A stretch of 64,000 bases of DNA, taken from positions 1 through 64,000 of the forward strand of contig NIVC01002487.1 in assembly GCA_002269645.1 (NCBI GenBank). Direction: 5' to 3'. A model generated the notes under the pieces. The model made no database searches. It was not told the DNA's origin and saw only the letters and a program-made list of their open reading frames with translations. The position numbers and the translations under genes were made by a program. The DNA comes from Macrostomum lignano (Eukaryota). Of the stretch, positions 12,117-23,369 are shown one piece after another. How positions within the stretch are numbered: position 1 is the stretch's first letter; every line of letters starts with the position of its first letter.

Positions 12117-12736
12117 TTTTTTCAAACGAAACGAGTTGCATTTCAATACCTCTTATATTTTAGGCGTTACAACAAAATTATAATTACTTTTTTACTTCCC
12201 CTCGTACTGCTTTTCAAAAACTGCACAAATTCCAGAAGTTGCGTATTTATCACGAGATCGGCAGCGCCTCATTATTGATCCCTACACTCTTGTCTCTTGA
12301 AACCGAATTCGTAGGACGGACTCATGCCCCTTAAAAGTCTGGCTCATTGTCTAGTATTCATAATATATAAGATCTGAAATAGCTAATATACTCGTAGTGA
12401 TGCGCTTTTTTGGACATGCCTTCGACATTTCATGTCATACGTTTGATTAATTCGCAACCCTAACCTGATTATTGGATGACCAGACGCTTTCGTTTGTCAG
12501 AGTTGTAGCCTAAAAGCATGTCAGTTGTATTTTTATTTGTCATTATGTGTATGCAGATAAGTAATTGGTTTTTAAAAAAGCTTCTTTACGCTCGTATTAG
12601 TGCACTTCCGGAATTTGTGCACTTTTTGAAAAGCAGTCGAGGATAAGCAGTCGAGGGGAAGTCAAAAAGTAATGATAATTTTGCTGTAACGCCTAAAATA
12701 TGAGGTATTGAAATGCAACTGGTTTCGTTTCAAAAA
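12117..12736. repeat. Inverted duplication of the mariner end plus ~38 bp of flank
   Basis: 12117-12242 is the reverse complement of 12602-12736 with a few mismatches and indels. The spacer is about 360 bp. Confidence 0.75.
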
Positions 12737-13034
12737 CCAGTCGAATATTAGTGATACAGTTTTGTATAGTACCGTTTCATTCAATTTTTCTAATACTTTA
12801 CTTGAAAAGGAAATGAACAAAGTAATATTTCTGCTTAAAAACGCTTTATGCAGCATGTACTTGTGCTGTTAAATACAATAACTTTTCAATATTAAGCGTG
12901 CCAAAACCTATTCGAAACACTTATCAATCATTGCTGTGTATGGATGTGTCAAATAACGCATTATAATGAGCGTAATCAGTGAATCCAGGAAGATCCTTGA
13001 AAACGCAAGTTTGAAGTCAAGAAAACGAGTTAGA

Positions 13035-16000
13035 TTAATGAAATCTCTGCAGCTCCTGTAGCAAATCTTCATTTAGACGTTCTCGAATGGCGGCATCAAC
13101 TTCGTCCTTGGCTTGTTGACCACCGCCCCCCTCATCTGCTGTGTCGAACTCAGAAGACGAAGACGACGACGTCACCGCCGATTTAACAACTCTCACCGGT
13201 GTCGGCTGTCGAACCTTAGGCGAAAGTGGCGAAGTCTTTGCCGAACCAACCATCGGAGATGTTGATGAAGGCGATGATGAGGACGAGGCCACAGAACAGC
13301 GGGGGCAGTCGCGTCGTATTGGTGCTAAGAAGGGCCGCTGCGGTATGATCACTCGTAGCTGGTTGCGACCGCGCTGACCTTTTCTACGCTGGCGTAAAGA
13401 TGAAGCTTCCGAGTTCGAATTCACAGATTGTGTGGGCGCAGGAGTAGGTGCTGTCGCCGATACTTGATGCGGCAGCGACTCCGGTGGCTGCAGCGGTCCA
13501 TCTGGCTCGTCGAATGCTACAATCTTGACTTTTTCTTTTCCGGTATCGGGCTTAGCTCTATTGCTTCCTTGAGAAATTTCATTACGCTGCTGAATAACTT
13601 GCGCATCATCGTGGGTTGTGATTTCTTCGTCGAATTCTTCCTCATCTTCATCGTCTTGATCGTCGAAGTCTAAATCCCAGCGTCTGGCGTGGCGTCCGCC
13701 GCCGCCGGTTCCGCTCGAGCTGTTAAGCGAGAACTCTGTCTCCCTTTGACTTATGTACTTTCCAAGAACTTTAGCGTCGTGGCGATTCACGCCCAGATTG
13801 GCGGACATGTTAAGGAAGTCGTTCATGTGCGACTGGTCGATGGGAACTCCAAGATCGAAGCTTCGTCTACGCTCGATGCACTCGGCTATGCACTTCTTGA
13901 TGCGAGGCAGACAGTTAAGAGTGTTGTACTCCATCATGGAAGCGATGCGATCGAATTCCAGCGGAGAGTAGACAAAGTTGAATGTACTGTAGGGATTCTT
14001 TTCTCCACCAAAAATGTCAAAGTTTGCAAAGTTTAGCTCGTCTTGCAGAGTCCGACGAACGTCTGGAAAAGAAATAGTTTAATTAAGCTTGTTTCTATCG
14101 ACAAACCGTAGAATCAAGTAGTGATTGGTATTTATAAAGTTAGGATTAACTTATTACTTGGGTTTTTAAACTCGCGGAATGATAAGTTGACCAGCACGAA
14201 GTGCATAATTATTGGCACTCGTGGATTCTCTTTGTCTCGAAAGATGTAAACCTCCTGCATGCCTTTCTTCTCGTATTTGTCTAGTGTGATGTGCGGAAAT
14301 GGAACATTTCTGATCAGGGCCCATTTGTACGCCAGTAATAGCTCCTGAAGTGACGAAAAAGATTATTTTGTACGAGTTTATAGGGCAAAGTTTTAAGTAT
14401 CGAACTATAACTTAATTAACTGTATACTAATGCGCAAATAACCACATTGACCAAATAAATCGGACGATTCAAATACTTGTTACATCCGGGGGCGAAATCG
14501 CATGGTTCGTCTGCTATCCAAAGTATAATAGGTAGGTATGCAGGGGTATCAATCATCTTTGTAACTAATGAATACAACTCGTAATAAACTATTGTCTCAC
14601 CTTAAAAGGCGGGTAATTGTCATGCTTTCTTCCGCTGAAGTCAAACGACAAAATGAGATCGACGCCCCTCTGCTGTCTCAGCACTAGCGGGTAGGGCGAA
14701 TTGAAGGCCAGACCAGCGTCGACTACGTGCATGTACTTGGAGAAGGAGTTCTGGTCCGTCTCAAACATTTCTAGGAAGTCACCATTGCCAGCCACTGCAA
14801 AAAGATTTTAGGTGTAGCTTTTTTAGAGATTGTAGCTTCTTCGTAAATAAGCAGAATGCAATCGTTAGATTGTGAAATCATTGGTACTTATAAAAAACAT
14901 TTAAATATCACTGCTAGTGATAGCATAATCTCATAGCATAGCTAAAATGCTTCTTTTTGGAAACCAACCTTTCTTTAATCGATAAACTCGTACGGAACGT
15001 AAACTTTAATGATTTTTTATCACTGTGATTAAAAAAAGTAAACGCAGTTAAGCTCACCTGAAATCGGTGCATCTTCAAAACGAAATCCAGCTTCACGAGG
15101 TCTTGTGGGAGTGAATGGCGCTATAGGATAGGCCTTGGTAACAGTCAGACTGCGCATAAAATTGTGCACCATGGCTGCCCTGCCCGACATGGTGTTGAGC
15201 AGTCGCAATCTGAAATTTTATAATTTTCTTTGATTCAGTATCTATTAATATGTATCGAAATCAAAAGATCTTTTTCTGCAATCAAAATACTGGCTCACTC
15301 CGAGAAAACGCTATTCCTCCATCGTTCCCACCAGCCTAGCGGTGAATTGTCCTCAGCAGTCAGTTGATCTAGCTTCTCTAAAATTCCTCGTTCCTCTTCG
15401 GAGTCGGAATCGTGCGACACAACTGAGGAGGCGTCGTCGTCTCCTGTGGATTGTGTACAAAAGATTCAACGAAATAAAAATTAGTGACAGAAGGAGTTTC
15501 TATTTACAGAGACCGACGATCAACAGCAAGACGCGCTCACCAATTGTTCCGTACTCCTCTGACGGCGGGTCGCCCTTGACAAACTGAAAAAGACTATCGC
15601 CGTTTGATTGCATCTTCACTGGCGCGCTCATGGAGCCAATCCCGCTTGAGCCAAAGTTGTAGGAGCTGCGCAAGTTTTTGCATTCGGCATCAAGATTCAG
15701 TAGCAATTTGTCAATTTTGTTGACTGGTCGCGGATGCAGCGGGTCAGCGCCACTGGCCGCAGCCATGCCGGCCCGCCGACGACCCAGGGGCTCCGAGTTG
15801 TTCGAGGAAACAGACAAGTCTGAAAATTGGAAAAATCACTTGGGTCAACCCAGTTCATATTTATTGGACAAGCGCGTACGGCATTCCGTAGAGTCGTTTA
15901 TATTTATATGATGCTTATTTAAAAAGAAAAGTTAGTCCATCAAAAACACGATATGTTAGCATTGTCACGAGAAAAATTGCTGAAATCATTCAAAAAGAAC

Positions 16001-19000
16001 TTCGAATTGTGGATGCATAGTTAAGAGGCTCGTTCGGAGGCTTTATAACGACTAAAGTGTGAACTACGAGCTAAAAATAGATTAATTGCTCTCCTGACTC
16101 GGAACGACTTAGACAGGAAATTTCTAAGGACATTTCTTTAACTCTGCGTTGCGACTGAAGCGACTTCATCTTCCCTTATGAGATGTCAGAAAATCGTATG
16201 AGTTCTTAGTGAGTCGTCCGAGTTGGTTGCACGACAGGTTCAATCGGGTTCAATGACTTTCTAGCGACGCTTTTCATAACAATGTTTCTTTATCCTCATC
16301 CTACACTGCTCCGACTTTGTCAAGCTGCGATTCCTTTAGTCCTCCGGGCCTTACCGCTGCCCCGTCTTTTAGCTGCTTCATCCAACCCGTTTGGAACTTC
16401 GCCTCGGAATCGCTCAGCCTCGTAGTTGCCATTGTACAACTTCTCCAAGTCAATCTCGCGCCGGAGCAGATCCTTGACCAGAATGGTAAACGCGCTGCCC
16501 CAAATACCTGCGCAAGATAAATTATGTGGCGTTGCGATTACGAATATTAACAAAATGTAAACAGACGATTTCAAACATTAAGCTCTTTTACCCATCAAGA
16601 AGTGTAGCGGTGGCTCTTCATATTCGCGGCAAAGCCGCCCGATGAAGAATTTGCAACCGAAATGGCAGGTTCGTTGGAAGCAGCCGTACTTGGGCAAGCC
16701 GATTTCGAACGGCGTGAACTCGAGCCACTCTTGAAATATTCTCGCCGATACGTCTTTCTTAACGTTTAGACAGCAATAGAGAGGCAAAGGAAGGTTGGCG
16801 TACTTCACTTTTTGACATTGATCGCTCAGTTTGCAGGACATGCGCTGAAATTAATATGAGCGTATGATACAAGTAATTTTCCGATAAAATGATAGCCAGA
16901 GTGACTAGTATTGCAGCACAATGAAGCTCATTCTCAGTTAATGTATATTCATTTTGTCATACAACGCACAGCTTGAAATATTTTGTTTGTGACTTTAAAT
17001 TCGATAGGTTTATACGAGGAATGTTCAATAAACTGAACAGTCGGAGTGGGGCAACTGCTTTTCTATGTGGTTTGAGAGAATGAGGAAGTGCACTGATGCA
17101 GACGGAGAGTACTTCAGAAAGGGCTAAAAGTTTGTTTTTTATTTAACACTGTTGCTTTTCTATGGATCGGGAAATATATCGAACACCCCTCGTATTTACT
17201 GCAAATATGTTAAAGTAATTACCATAGGGACCCTTTTTCCATGCAGTTTCATGCACTTAACGGTGCCCATACGCGTCAATAGCTAAATTAGTGTGTTCCG
17301 CTTTAACAAGCCAAGTCCCTTGAATTGCAAATGCTGCTTTCTTCCGCTGTTCGCGAATATTTAAGACGCATAAATTAGGTCGTAAAGGTTTTAACATTAA
17401 ATCACTAAATCTAACCAGGTGCGTCGCCATAGATTTTATTCGTGGGGGGACATGTTCATGTATACATGACTAAATTCCTACATTAACATTATTTTAAGAA
17501 TCGTGTTGTCAGAACTCATTTTGGCGCCGCAGGCACTCATTTTGGTACCGCATGCACTCATTTTGACGCCGCAGGCACTCATTTTGGCGCCGCAGATACT
17601 CATTTTGACGCCGCAGGCACTCATTTTGGCGCCGTAGGCACTCATTTTAGCACCGCAGGCACTCATTTTGGCGCCGTAGGCGCTCATTTTGGCACCGCAG
17701 GCACTCATTTTGGTGCCTTGAAGAAAAATTATTGATTACATTATTGATTATTGGTCACAAGGTGGAGTGGGGGAACAAAGCATTGGCATGTCCCCCCCCA
17801 TAGCCTTTACTGGGGGTGGGGGGCATGTCTCCCCTGTCCCCCCGGTGGCGACGCGCCTGAATCCAACTGCTTACATCGGGTATCAACGTCTGGCCAATCA
17901 TCAACCCGAAGAAGTCGGTGAATGACAACGGTATGCCATGTCGCTTTTTCTCGGCCAGGAGGCACACATAGTTGTACAGGTAGCTGGGTGACACTAGTCG
18001 CAGCATTGATTGTTGAACCCGAGAGCGGATTTCTTGTTGCACTATGCGGCAAGACTTCCTGGGATACTCCGGGTGGGAATACAGGGTGGCCAGATACCAG
18101 GCTGAGCCTGCGGGTGTCAGTTAATGGCATGTAAATCGATTTCATAGTAAACGAGTGTACTTCCTTCAGCCATTTTAGCACTGAACATGCTCACTGTGAG
18201 CATCGATTTTGGCCTACAGCTTAATGCATGTGACTGTTAAAATGATTGCAGTTTCGCTTCACTTGAAGCATGAAGTCGCTTTTCTATATAGTAGTCTACC
18301 CTAAACATGAATTTAAGCTGTTTCCACCAACTTAAATATTTACCTTGATTAACCATAACTCAGTGGTCTCAGAATTCCTAAGAAATCGAATTCCTAAAAG
18401 TCGCAATAGCTTACCTAAATTTGTGTTAAATCAAGAAGGGTAAAAACGATTCTTCAATTTTTTATAGAAATTGGAGCATCCAAAGAAAACGGCTAGATCT
18501 AGAATGTTCATATTTTATTCTTCATTTCACATTAAACGCATGTTTTTGAGCGTTTTCCGTGACACCAAATTGTCTAGCACTTAATTCTGCATAGACATTC
18601 AAACAAAAACTCGTTCATTGCTACCTACAAAACAAGGATTTACTTTTATAACTGTCTTTGCTAAAAAAATTGGCAAATAGGACGCTAGCTAATTAGCACT
18701 GTCATTCAACGATATGCGCTATCATTTAATGCATCTCTCCGCTTGTAAGAATCAAGATCGTTGTGATTTGTGAAACCCCTATTGGAAGTTGTATTGTTAA
18801 GTTTGGCAATTACGGATCTAATCATTAAAAATAACTTACATACGGTACAACAAGTTGATATATGATATAATCTGAGCTAGCTCTGTAGCTCTCTAGCAAC
18901 CTACCTGACAGAGCGGCAGTGTAGGTTGTGCAGTCCAACACTCCGCTAGACTCCAATGCGTTGAACACTCCGCTAAAAGCGGCCATCGCTCGGAAGCCGC

Positions 19001-20710
19001 CACCGGAGCCCATCACGGCGATGACGGGCACCTCGTCGAGGCTTTCGGGAGCGGCTTCTCGGGGCAGCAGTCCGTGCAGCGCTTCGAACACGACTTTGCG
19101 CCGACGCTCGCGGAACATTTTCTCTTCGTTGCATAGGCACAGGCTGAACCGGAGGTCAGGCTTGCAGCTGTTCTCGGTTGGGTTGGGTGGTTACGGTAAA
19201 TTGTTAAGATGTTTAAGCGCTTACGTTTAGAAGTGGCTTATTCTCGTAGATGATTTGACAGTAATCGTATAATCCAACGAGCTATGTGTTAGTTGAAGTA
19301 AAATGATTAGCTTTGTGGTTACTTGAGTATACTGAATGTAAACTTGCTCAGCTATTGAGAACTATATTTAATAAATCATAGGTGTCTTACAAATTTTGAC
19401 TGTCAGAAACACCGCGGTTGTGAAAGTGTTCTCAGTATATGATAAGTGGAAGTGCAAGCCTTTTGACGATGGCGGTAATTTCGGGATAAAATTTAATGGT
19501 CTATAGATACTGGTCTAATAAACTTACTCGTTGCTCAAGTAAAATTCAATGTCAACTTGTCCTTTCTGAAAAAAAATGTTCGGGTAGGTTAAAATTTATC
19601 GAGTTACATGAAACTTTCAAGTGTACTAGTTTATCCTTCAGTTTACAACACACACTAACCTTGTCAAAATGGAATGTTTTTGCAATCATTCGATCCATTT
19701 TAAGATCTCCTAGTGGATAATAAACTTCGCCATATTGGCTATCCAAGCCCAAATGGTTCGCTTCCTTTAAAGAGATTACTGAAACGAAGTTGAGAGAAAA
19801 TATAGTTGATGCAGTAATATCAGTACCGGTTGTATAGTAGTCCCGGTTCTTTGGCACAAATATTATCATAACAGTTTTTTTCGAATTGGTCGAATATTCG
19901 AATTAGTGCATTACATGTAGTTCGCCTAGTGGTTAGAGCGTCAGACTCACGACTGAAATTTCAGGGGGTTCGATTCCCGATTCCACTGGAACAATTTGTG
20001 TCCTTGAGCAAGACACTCAACTCTACATTGCGTCAGTTCACCCAGCTGTAAAATGGGTGCCAGCATTAGCTGGGGTAATTGAGTGTGTGTGGCGGCCCCC
20101 CCCCCCCCCCTAGTCCTTGGACTGAACAGCCGTACGCAGCCTTCAGATAGGCCGCGCGATAACTGCGGCTGAGCTGTCGGTTGCACATCTGCACATCTGA
20201 AGGTGCAATTAAAAATGTAATTCGATCACTTACTTAGCACGTTCTCCTTCGCTCCATCGAGCAGAAAGGTGAAAGACTCGTTCCACATGGGGTCAGAGTT
20301 GTTCTCTATGCAGCTGGTTCGCTTCACTCCAGTTGGACTGCTGGGAATCTTCAGCTGCACGTAGGGATCCGGCTTGTCAACTGCGGAGGCAGAGTTCACT
20401 TTTGGTTTTACAATCAGATGAGGTAGTACAGATTCTGTCAAGTTTTGGTCACGCGCAACTCACTGAAATCCCACAGTCGACCTTTGGTGATCTTCCGACC
20501 TTTTATAACGGTTACCTGCAACACCTGGCACGGCTGCTGCTCAACCTTAAACACCTGGTAGGGATCGAATCTGCGGGGAAAAGCTTTGTGCACTATTGAC
20601 CTGGCCCGGAACTCTCGGCTAAACTTTTGACGCGACTGATCGTCAAAAATGTGGACACTTGGCTTTGGTTTTGACTTGAAATGCTTTTTCTGATTTTCCT
20701 GCTTATGCAT
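13035..20710 (-). CDS. PLA2G4A: Cytosolic phospholipase A2 (group IV; C2 domain plus lysophospholipase catalytic domain)
   Basis: In-phase exons: (20710)/20570-20464, 20380-20234, 19778-19660, 19351-19323, 19167-18905, 18107-17875, 16844-16592, 16507-16355, 15819-15541, 15443-15299, 15209-15058, 14794-14601, 14344-14158, 14062-13035. Motifs: FDPYQ, DKPDPYV, PDLRFS, GSGGGFRAM, ALSG/SAWY (catalytic Ser), EWLEFTPFEIG, PLHFLMG/IWGSAF, VVDAGLAFNSPYPL (catalytic Asp). The start codon is uncertain. Confidence 0.93.
17416..17859. mobile_element. hAT-type MITE with an internal 21-bp tandem repeat, in a cPLA2 intron
   Basis: TIRs CAGGTGCGTCGCCA...TGGCGACGCGCCTG, an 8-bp TSD AATCTAAC/AATCCAAC (7/8 match), and about 9 internal copies of GGCACTCATTTTGGCGCCGCA. 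Confidence 0.82.
19917..20220 (+). mobile_element. tRNA-derived SINE with a CORE-like central domain
   Basis: A box (CCTAGTGGTTAGAGCG), B box (GGTTCGATTCC), then GTGTCCTTGAGCAAGACACTCAACTC...CAGCTGTAAAATGGG, which resembles the CORE-SINE consensus as recalled. Confidence 0.72.
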
Positions 20711-21562
20711 TGTTTTTTATAACTGCGCTTAATTGCTTATAATTTGGAAGCTGGTTTAAATAGGCAGTTTCTTTAAGTCTGTTCGCTTTTTCTTGTACGC
20801 TTTTGAGGAACTGCGGTTCAGTAAACTTCCTGCTAGGTAGAAAATTGTATCTCTTTTCAGGGTTTTTCTGGGTACGATCGTTTCAAAAATTTTATTTTAG
20901 GTGCAGATGCAAAGCAAGATCCCCTAATGTGCATGTTAAGTTCAATAAATCGACGGCTATACTTACTCTTTTGTGAATTCCATCTATCAATCCTTGTAGT
21001 TTACTTCGAACGCAAACTGTTTCTTCAATCCATAATACTAGACTGTTCTAACAGGCGTTAATTGAAAACAACACAGAACTAAAATCTATGTTAACACATT
21101 TGCTTAAGCACACGAAGCAGTTAAGAGATAAGCATGAGAGCTAGGGCAATTTTGTAAGAGAATCTATTAACAGATTCGGCAGACAGCTCAGCAACAATAC
21201 ACGCCCACTCAGGCACGCGTTAGGCGCATCGCTCAAGTGTATAGTGTACACACAGACTATTTTACCCCCAGTTACTTCGAGACTGTGCTCATGAGTGTAC
21301 TCGCCAAAAATTAAAAGAAAAACTGAGAAGTTGGGGTTTGAAAAATGAAATTAGCGCACAAGATGTAGTACGCGTTTTGTAGTGAAGGTCAAACTGTACA
21401 GTGTTCTGCTAAATTTGGACAGCTTCAAGAAGGAAAAGAAGAGAAGAGAGTGGGGTGGCTGCCTGTGTCACACCACCCGATGTTTTGCGCATTAGTACGA
21501 AGGTATAATACACTGGAGCAGTCCGAAAGCTTGCATGCATATGTATATAATACACATGTAGT

Positions 21563-22191
21563 GGGGTCGCCATCATAAGCTCGAAAAATCACAAGCTCGA
21601 AAAATCATATCGTCGAAAACTGATTTAGCAGCCACCATCACAAGCTCGAAAAGTCATAAGCTCGAAAAATCATAACGTCGAGAAGTTTAGCAACCACCAT
21701 CACAAGCTCGAAAAGTCATAAGCTCGAAAAATCACATCGTCGAAAACTGATTTAGCAGCCACCATCACAAGCTCGAAAAGTCATAAGCTCGAAAAATCAC
21801 ATCGTCGAAAAGTTTAGCAAACACCATCACAAGCTCGAAAAGGCACAAGCTCTAACCCTAAACCCAAGGCACTAACCCTAACCCTAAGGCACCAGTACCC
21901 TAGCCTAACCCTGAACCATAACCCTAACCTAACCCTAAACCCCAACTTAAAGGCACTAGTTCTAACCCCGACCCTAACCCTAAGCCCTAACCCTAAGGCA
22001 CAAGCTCTAACCCTAACCCTATTCAAGCTTGTGATGGTGGTTGCTAACCTTTTCGACGATATGATTTTTCGAGCTTATGACTTTTCGAGCTTGTGATGGT
22101 GGTTGCTAAACTTTTCGACGATGTGATTTTTCGAGCTTGTGATGGTGGATGCTTTTCGACGATGTGATTTTTCGAGCTTGTGATGGGCCCC
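21563..22191. mobile_element. Foldback-type element with modular inverted arms and a telomere-like (CCCTAA)n core
   Basis: The left arm of CCACCATCACAAGCTCGAAAA...CGTCGAAAA modules (21563-21850) is mirrored at 22022-22191. The core 21852-22021 is rich in TAACCC. The flanks carry a direct repeat ATGTAGT (7 bp; 8 bp if CATGTAGT). Confidence 0.82.
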
Positions 22192-22973
22192 ATGTAGTGT
22201 ATCCTGTTGTTCTTGCGGTCACCGTATCCAGATCCAGATCTTCTGTGCTATGATCTCTGTTTGATGTAGGAATTTGTTGATAAACGTATTAGATGTAAAA
22301 TGCTTCTGAAAATATGAAGTTTCCTTGCTTGATAATATCTTCCATAGGTTGCGAGATCTTCCCTGCTAAATATAAGAGATTTTTCGGCTAGATGTGATAA
22401 AATATCATAAAAAAGTGAATCATCTCTTATACTATCTTTTCGAAATAGCTTAGTCTTAACTATACACAAATCTGCATTAAAAAGTACAAGCCAAAAGTTG
22501 AACAGTAGAATCAGTTCTTATAATATGAGCTTTATTTACGTCAAAAATCATTGCAAATTTCATCCCACTAAGCCAGTTATTTTATGGTGGATCAATCAAT
22601 CGATAATAACTCTGCTACCCTGCACTGCAGAATCCGTCTTTCTTACCGAAAAACGTAATAAGAAACAGAAAGCAGAGTGAAAATCAAAGGATTGCAAGGC
22701 TTGGCCTATCGGCTTTAATAAATATTTTATTATATATATCAGAGACAGCCGTAGGGGATCTCGCGAGCTCATTAGTTATTCCTCTGATCAGATTAAAATT
22801 ATAAATTCAGAGCAAATAGTGGCTGCATATTGTGTAATTTTAGATCGAAAAATACAAGAACTGTTTCTTGATAAATCTTAGTTTATATCGTATAGGTTTC
22901 ATCAAATTTATTGATACCGCCAATATTGGTATCAAGCCAAAGCCAAGCCAAACTTATTGAACTTTGGCCAGAT

Positions 22974-23369
22974 TTAGATTTCTCTCATTGCTTTATGCAG
23001 GTATTCGTAGCCTCGCTTGCTCAGCATGGCGTCCCTCAGGTAGTTGTAACCTCGCTTGCTCAGCATGGCGTCCCTCAGGTAGTTATAGCCTCGCTTGCTC
23101 AGCATGGCGTCCCTCAGGTAGTTGTAGCCTCGCTTGCTCAGCATGGCGTCCCTCAGGTAGTTGTAGCCTCGCTTGCTCAGCATGGCGTCCCTCAGGTAGT
23201 TATAGCCTCGCTTGCTCAGCATGGCGTCCCTCAGGTAGTTGTAGCCTCGCTTGCTCAGCATGGCGTCCCTCGGGTAGTTATAGCGTCGCTTGCTTTCGTG
23301 AGCCTCGACCGTCAAGAAGCAGACAACGGCAATGACTGCCATAGCAAAAGCCGTTCCATAACGCACCAT
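22974..23369 (-). CDS. Neuropeptide prohormone: signal peptide plus 8 KR-flanked peptides (RYNYPRDAMLS, 6x GYNYLRDAMLS, GYEYLHKAMREI)
   Basis: 131-aa ORF with a hydrophobic N-terminus (AFAMAVIAVVCFLTVEA) and a KR after every 11-mer. Differences among the six identical units are synonymous only (GGT/GGC, TAC/TAT). An AG lies just upstream of the ATG and a CAG|GTGAGT donor at 23893 suggests a 5'UTR exon. Confidence 0.88.
   Translation of the reverse strand: MVRYGTAFAMAVIAVVCFLTVEAHESKRRYNYPRDAMLSKRGYNYLRDAMLSKRGYNYLRDAMLSKRGYNYLRDAMLSKRGYNYLRDAMLSKRGYNYLRDAMLSKRGYNYLRDAMLSKRGYEYLHKAMREI

Larger units (their letters stand above)
9740..12204 (-). mobile_element. Mariner (DD34D) DNA transposon, interrupted by a MITE
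   Basis: 33-bp TIRs (TGAGGGGAAGTCAAAAAGTAATTATAATTTTGT at 9740 and its complement ending 12204, 2 mismatches), flanked by TA at 9738-9739 and 12205-12206. Removing the insert and one TSD leaves 1298 bp, a typical mariner length. Confidence 0.92.

Noticed and set aside
19917-19990. tRNA gene
   Set aside because: A and B boxes are present but I could not pair an acceptor stem, and the sequence continues into a SINE body. The same applies to 57790-57860.
21852-22021. True telomere or chromosome fusion site
   Set aside because: The repeats are short, degenerate, in one orientation only, and enclosed by inverted arms with a TSD.
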